From the NCBI GenBank assembly GCA_950097015.1, contig CATNEN010000001.1:22506001-22570000 (forward strand): a stretch of 64,000 nt of DNA, in the 5' to 3' direction. Below are positions 57,703 to 64,000 of this stretch, piece after piece. This DNA comes from Macrostomum hystrix (taxonomy: Eukaryota; Animalia; Platyhelminthes). The position numbers and the translations under genes were made by a program. The notes under the pieces are model-generated. The model did not search any database. It was not told where the DNA came from and worked only from the letters and a program-made list of their open reading frames with translations. Position 1 is the first letter of the stretch. Each line of letters opens with the position of its first letter.

Positions 57703-58992
57703 ATGTCCCAAGAGGAATTGGATTCTGAGAGGGAGGAGAGGCAGCAGGTAGCCCGGAGCTTGGAGTCTCGCGGTGGCTGTGCGCTGCAGGAAGCTGCTGG
57801 CAGGAGTCGGTGGAACGGCCGCGGCAACGGCTGTGTCGGCGACGGCGAGGACGGCGAGAGCGACTTCGGCGACGACGACCAGTCTGGCGGCGAGGACGAC
57901 GACCGGGGCGCAGCGGCAGCGGCAGCAAGGCAACGACGACCGAGGCTGGACGACAGGGCGACGGCTGACCTGGTGTACCGGATGCTCAACCTGATGGAGA
58001 AGCAGGTGGAACAACAACAAGGTAGGACGGCGAAGATTGCCAAGTTTTCTCGGGGTCAGGACGTGCATCTGTGGGTGGACGCGTTTGAAGCGTATTGCGC
58101 CCGGGCTGCGATTCGCAGTTCGGAGACACGCAAGGCCCTTCTACTCGACCACCTCGATGTACAGTGCCTGAATGCCGTCCTCAGGATGAAGCTGCCCGAA
58201 GAGCTCACGTATGCCCAGTTCAAGGAGCGTATTGTGGAGCGATTCGCGCCGCTGAGTAGCCCTGAGGAGTACCGAGACGAGTTCCGCAATCGCTATCAGA
58301 AGAAAGCGGAAACGCTTGATGATTATGCTGATGCGTTGCAGGGACTCGGCGAGCAGGCCTATACCAACCTTCGCCAAAGAGATTTGCACTATGAGTTGGT
58401 CGACCAGTTTATCAAGGGAGTTCGGACTTCGGTTGAGAACCGCAAGCACATGCTGCGGACTCGCCCTAGAACACTCCTGGAAGCTAGGCGAGAGTTAAAG
58501 CGCCTAGAGGTGGTCGACGAGGCAGTCCAGAGGGCGAAGGATGGGCCGGCTCGGATGGTGCACGGCGAAGATGAGGACCTGAATGCGCGGCCGCCACCGC
58601 AAGGTGTTACCGCTGCGCTGAAGGGACTCGAATCGCTGATGACCAAGATGGTCGAGGTCCAGGGTCAGCAGCTGCAGCATCAGCAGAAGATGCAGGAGAT
58701 GCTGGTCCAGGCGCTCAGCCGACCACAAGGAGCCGTGCAGCAGGAAGGACCGGCGCCGCCAAGAGGGGCATGCTTTGGTTGCGGGAAGTTCGGACACCTG
58801 AGGCGTGATTGCCCGACGAGGCCACCCAAGCCGCGTTACGAGCACCACGCTCAGGGGTACCCGAGAGAGCAACGGCAAGAGCCCAGGCAGCAGTCCGAGC
58901 TGCAGGCCCAAGGCACTCAGACGTCGGGAAACGGGACGGCGAGGAGCACGGACGGCAGTGCCCCTCGCAGTCCAGTTCCTGGACGGGCCTGA
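57703..58992 (+). CDS. gag: Gag, 429 aa
   Basis: Near-identical to 24208-25494. Confidence 0.93.
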   Translation: MSQEELDSEREERQQVARSLESRGGCALQEAAGRSRWNGRGNGCVGDGEDGESDFGDDDQSGGEDDDRGAAAAAARQRRPRLDDRATADLVYRMLNLMEKQVEQQQGRTAKIAKFSRGQDVHLWVDAFEAYCARAAIRSSETRKALLLDHLDVQCLNAVLRMKLPEELTYAQFKERIVERFAPLSSPEEYRDEFRNRYQKKAETLDDYADALQGLGEQAYTNLRQRDLHYELVDQFIKGVRTSVENRKHMLRTRPRTLLEARRELKRLEVVDEAVQRAKDGPARMVHGEDEDLNARPPPQGVTAALKGLESLMTKMVEVQGQQLQHQQKMQEMLVQALSRPQGAVQQEGPAPPRGACFGCGKFGHLRRDCPTRPPKPRYEHHAQGYPREQRQEPRQQSELQAQGTQTSGNGTARSTDGSAPRSPVPGRA

Positions 58993-61900
58993 GGGAGACT
59001 GAGGAGTCAGCTGGAGGAGAGGGTAGGGGCTCTCCTAGCACCAGCTTCCTCGAGCGTTGGTATGCCTCCAACGCTGACCCCTATGTGACGGCGATGGTTT
59101 CCAAGAAGACGGTGCCTTTTCTCCTAGACTCAGGGAGCAGGCGCTGTCTGATTGGAAGTGAGACGTGGGCATCTCTGCGGCATGTAGTGCCGCACGCTGT
59201 GCTGACAGGAGAGAGTGCCCTGTGCAACTTTGATGGTTCTCGATTGCCGGTTTTAGGGCGAGTCGCCTTTGAGGTCAGGCTCGGCGACTACGCTGTAGAC
59301 GTCGAGTTCTGCGTGACGAAGGGCGAGCACGAGAACATCCTAGGAATTGATTTCATGCGCCAGCACACCCAGAAGATTGACTTTCCGAAGGGGATGCTGA
59401 CCATGAAGTCAGGAACCAGAGTGCCGCTGAGGTTCACGAGGCGAGAGGCGAGGGCCAGTCGGGTTTACTCACTCGAGCAGACCACTGTGCCAGCGCGCTC
59501 TTCGATGCTCGTAGCGGTGAAGCTAGCGGGTGGCCGGACTGACTGTCACGGCACGCCGCTGCTTGTTGAGTCCTTGAGGTCAGGACTGAAGCCAGGGGCG
59601 TCTCAGGTCGAGATGGCCCCGACATTGCTGACGATGGCTGACGGGACAGGGTGTGTTGAAGTCATCAATACCTCTTGCTTCCCGGCGGTTATTCGACGCA
59701 ATGGTCTTGTAGGGCTAGCGAGGCCACTGAAGGCAGACGAACTGGAATATCTACCAGAGCTAGAGGAGACGCCGGTCAGGCAGGTCCAGGCAGAAGGGCT
59801 GGAGAGCGATGAGGCATGGCTAGAGGAGGTGGAGATTTGTGAGAGGTTGACTGAGGAGCAGAGGCATCGGGTTAAGGAGATGTTGAGAGAGTGCCGCGAG
59901 GCATTCGCAATGCATCCCCTGGACCATGGTGTCACTGACTTAGTCACTCATGAGATCATTGTGACAGATCCCACTCCAGTTCGCATTCCACCGAGGAGGA
60001 TCCCGCCTCACTTGATGGAACAGTTGGACAAGATGCTGGATGAGATGTTGGCGAAAGGCATCATCAAGCCGACATTCTCCAGCTACAACACGCCTCTCCT
60101 GATTGTCCCTAAGAAAGACAAGACTATCAGGATTGTCCTAGACTATCGCGAGTTGAATAGCCGCTGCCTGAAGCACGTCTATCCGCTGCCAGACATACAG
60201 CAGACCTTTGAGCATTTGAGAGGGGCGCAATACTATTCCGCCCTCGATCTTGCACAAGGTTTCTGGCAGATCCCGCTGAGAGAGCAGGATAGACACCTGA
60301 CCGCGTTCTCGGTTCACCACAGAGGTCAGTTTGAGTTTACTGTGTTGCCGATGGGCATGACGGATTCGGCAGGGTCCTTTCAGCGCTGCATCAACAAGCT
60401 GCTGGAGGGGCTGACGCCAAAGGTAGCGTTGGGGTATATCGATGATATACTCGTCCACTCGCCTACCTTTGACGACCATTTGGAGCATCTGAGGATGATG
60501 CTGACGCGAATCCGTGAAGCCCAGTTCAAGCTGAAGCCGAAGAAGTGCCACCTGTTCAAGAGGGAGCTGCACTACTTAGGCCATGTGGTGACACCAGAAG
60601 GCATCCTGACGAACGAGGATAAGATCGCCGAGCTCAGAGGCTGGCCGACACCTCGAAGCGCCAAAGAATTGCGCAGCTTCTTGGGGTTGGCACAGTACTA
60701 CAAGAAGTTCGTCCGCAATTACTCAGGGATTGCAGCACCATTGCACGAGCTCACTAAGCGGGACGTTACCAGCTTGAAGGGTCTGTGGAAGACAGAGCAT
60801 GAGAGAGCCTTTCAGGGATTGAAGGATGCGTTGTGCTCAACGGAGGTACTGGCGTACCCGGAGTACACCTCTGACCCGAAGGTGACTTTCGTCCTGGACA
60901 CAGATGCCTCTGATGACCGCATAGGGGCTTGTTTGAATCAGCTGCAGTCTGATGGAGTAGAAAGGCCTGTTGGCTACTACAGCCGGAAGCTGCGAGGGCC
61001 GGAGACCCGCTACACTACGACCCGCAAAGAATTGCTGGCAGTCGTAGATGCGATGCGGCATTTCCGGTACTTCCTGGTTGGCAAGAAGTTTGTTGTCCGG
61101 TCCGATCACAAGGCCCTGTTGTGGCTCATGCATCAGACCGAGGCGACAGGCATCCTAGGCCGTTGGGTTGAGAGAATGAGTGAGTTTGACTTCACCATTG
61201 TTCATCGTCCTGGAAAGTCTCACCAAAATGCTGACTCGATGTCGAGAAAGCCGGATAATCCGGTGAATTGTTCTTTTGGGGTGGTGACACCCCACAACCA
61301 GTTCGGTGCGAGTGCTTGCACCCGCCAAGTTTCGAGTCAGCTGGAGGAGGGACAGGAAAGGGACAATAAACAGGTTGAAGTCAACGAAGCCGCAGAGCCA
61401 CTGCGAGCTGTGAAACCCAAGGCTCAAGGTGTCATGGACGGCCGACCAGGATGGGAAGCAGCTGTGTCTGAAGGACTGGTGGAAGAGCCGGTCCTGGAGC
61501 CTGTCGAGGTGCGCCAAGACAAGGCGGTGCTGCAAGGGTGTCAGGAAGACACAACCGCAGGCCAGCCTGTGAGGCGGGAAGCACCTGTCAACGGGGCCCC
61601 GCAGTCAGCTCGTTGCAGCCAGTTCTGCCTGCAGACTGTGGACGCCGCCGTGCAGACGGTAGCTACGGAGAGTAGCTGGAGCCAGGGAGCCACAAAGGAG
61701 GAGCACTGGGTGCGGGGCTGTGATCCCAAGGCACAGGTGCAAACTCAGGTGGTGGCGGAAGGCTCAGAGGTAAAGGAGAAGGTGCCCGCTCGTTGCAGCC
61801 AGTCCTGCCTGCAGGCGCCGGATCCAGAGCCTCTGGTGTGTCCGGAGACAGAGGAGGAGGTGTCCGCTCGTTGCAGCCAGTCCTGCCTGCAGACACCGAA

Positions 61901-64000
61901 TCCTGCTGTTGAGGAGTTCTCGGAAACAGGGGAGAAGTCGCTGGCTCGTTGCAGCCAGTCCTGCCTGCGAGCGACTGATCCCGCTGTGTCAAGGTCCTCG
62001 GGTCAGGAGGATCAGCAGTTAGCTCGTTGCAGCCAGTCCTGCCTGCCGACTGCTGGTCTCTCCGTGGGACAGGGAGCAGAGGTGGAGGGGAGTTGTCAGA
62101 CTCGTTGCGACCAGTCTCGCCTGTCAAGGACACCCCCTGCTGCCAGGGCTCCTGGGTCCAAGGACAAGGAGGACAGGGACAGTGGAGAGCTGCCTCCGGT
62201 AAGAGCAGTGGTGACAGAGTTCCTGAAGGTGCCGGTTAGCCAGGTCGAGTTGCTAGAAGCTCAGCACCAAGATCCGGCAATCCGATACCTGACGGAACTG
62301 AAGCTGTCAGGAAAGGACAAGCCCAGGTTCGATCAGCGACTCCAGATGCCGAAAGAGGTCAGAGACCTCCTGGGTGCATTTGAGGAGCTGGAGGTGCGCG
62401 ACGGGTTGCTCGTCATAGACTTTGATGACAACCGGCCGCCGCGACCAGTGCTACCGAAAGCGTTAGACTCGCGCGTCTTTGAGGCTTTGCATGATTCGCC
62501 CTTGGCGGGTCATCTCGGCCAGTCCAAGACGGTGCAGAGAGTGAGAGACAGGTTCTGGAGACCCGGTCTCTGGTCGGAGGCGACGGGGTACGTGGCACGT
62601 TGCAGGACATGCCTGGAGAGCAAGACAAGGCGGAAGGAGGTAGTCCCACCGCAGAGCTATCCAGTGTGTGAGGTTTTGGGAAGGGTGCATGCCGACGTAA
62701 TCGGGCCTTTGTCTCAACCAAGTGCTCGAGGACATCGGTACATCCTCACCCTGTGTGATGCAACATCGAAGTACCCGTTTGCCTACCCGATGCGAAACCA
62801 GAAGACGAAAACCGTGATCAAACTGCTGCTGGATAGGTTCATTCCCGAGTACGGTGCACCAGCCTGGCTGCACACGGACCAGGGGACGAACTTCATGAGT
62901 GCAGAGTTTGAGGACTTCTGTAGGCTGTATGGCATCCGTCATACGCACACGTGTCCCTATAACCCGGCCAGCAATGGCCAGGTCGAAAACCTGAATCGCC
63001 AAATCAAGTCGGTGCTCACGTGTTTGTTGGAAAAAGATCACAAGGATTGGGACCTGATGCTGCCCGCGTGCTTAATCGCGTTGCGCACCAGTGTCCACCC
63101 TGTGACCGGGTACACGCCGTACTTCCTGGTCTTCGGACGGGAGTACCGGCTGCCCGTGGACAACACGTTGACTGCGCTGGCTGAGTACGCAGACTTGCCA
63201 GATTATCTCCGACATTTCCAGGAGCGCATAGACCAGGCGGTCAATTGTGCCCGGGACAAGCTCGAGAGGTACCAGGTGCTGCGAGAAGAACACTACCAAG
63301 AAAGACCGCAGGCGAGACCACTCCGCCCAGGCCAGCTGGTCCTGCTTAACAATCCGGTGATCGAATCCGGCGAGATCAGCAAATTCCATCGGCCTAGACA
63401 ATCGGTCTACGTAGTGCTCGAGTGTAAGGGCGAGACAGTCTACAAGATCAGGCGACACGGCGATACCAGGAAGGCCAGGAAGCAGGTGCTGGTAGTCCAC
63501 CGGCGCAACCTGCTCCCGGTACCGGCCTCAATATGCGACAGGACGGAAGAGGCGAGCCCGGCAAGGCGGAAGCTCGGAAAGCCACCCAAGGGTAGCCCTC
63601 CAGTAGCTGACGCGGCCGGTGAGCCTGCCGACAGCGACGACGACGACGACGACGACGACGAGATCGGCCTGTGGAGCGCTCGAAGGTGGCACCTGCGACC
63701 ACGAGCTGTTTCCAGGCCGAATCTCCACGAACCGGCCGGTCCAGAGATCTGCAACGGAGAAGAGGCGGGGGAGGCGTATGGTGATGTGGTTGTCCCGCCG
63801 TCGGACAGTCCGTTGCCCTCTCCAACCCTGTCCCCTATCCCATCCTCTGTGCACGGGGAAGTTGCAGAAAGTGTTAGGGCCGAAGGTGTAGGTGAGGCTG
63901 CTCAGATAGGTGAAGCTAGGGATCAGGAGCCGCAGCAGAGGCCGCAAAGAGTTAGGCGAGAGCCGGAAAGGCTGCAGGTCGATCCAAGCAGAAAGTCCTA
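58926..64000 (+). CDS. pol: Pol (protease, RT, RNase H, repeat insert, integrase), apparently open to the window end
   Basis: Collinear with copy 1; CAA at 60228 replaces the copy 1 stop. Its absence from the ORF track is consistent with there being no stop before 64000. Confidence 0.88.

Larger units (their letters stand above)
56973..64000 (+). mobile_element. Ty3/gypsy family B copy 2, apparently intact, runs off the window end
   Basis: LTR 56973-57639, PBS from 57641, gag, GGGAAAC at 58926-58932, pol. Confidence 0.95.

Overview
Eukaryotic (animal, probably invertebrate) DNA made almost entirely of nested transposable elements. No rRNA, true tRNA or CRISPR locus was found. From left to right: (1) a gypsy RT remnant, a two-exon DUF4806-like fragment and a tRNA-derived SINE; (2) an intact young Mag-like Ty3/gypsy element (2061-6683, 155-bp LTRs, GTCGC TSD) sitting in a dead Tc1/mariner transposase; (3) a ~13.5-kb minus-strand Helitron (9957-~23490) whose STPR/OTU/Rep/PIF1 gene is broken and carries the 5' half of a LOA/R1-like LINE, but which also holds an intact 3-exon RPA70-like gene head-to-head with a small spliced RGG/CCHC/polyQ gene; (4) two copies of a second gypsy family (23491-30191, truncated; 56973->64000) with a GGGAAAC -1 frameshift and a 78-nt periodic repeat in pol; (5) minisatellites, a third RPA fragment, a SINE cluster, an ETS-domain gene and a dead EnSpm/CACTA-type transposase; (6) a young 10.96-kb LTR element (42476-53435, 2321-bp LTRs, GTTG TSD) that encodes only Gag and protease, plus an orphan ORF and a predicted antisense spliced membrane microprotein; (7) a second, diverged RPA + RGG/CCHC/polyQ pair. 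The best candidates for something new are the repeated Helitron RPA/zinc-knuckle gene pair and the Gag-protease-only element with its antisense tail-anchored microprotein. All domain calls come from motifs recognised by eye; no database searches were run.
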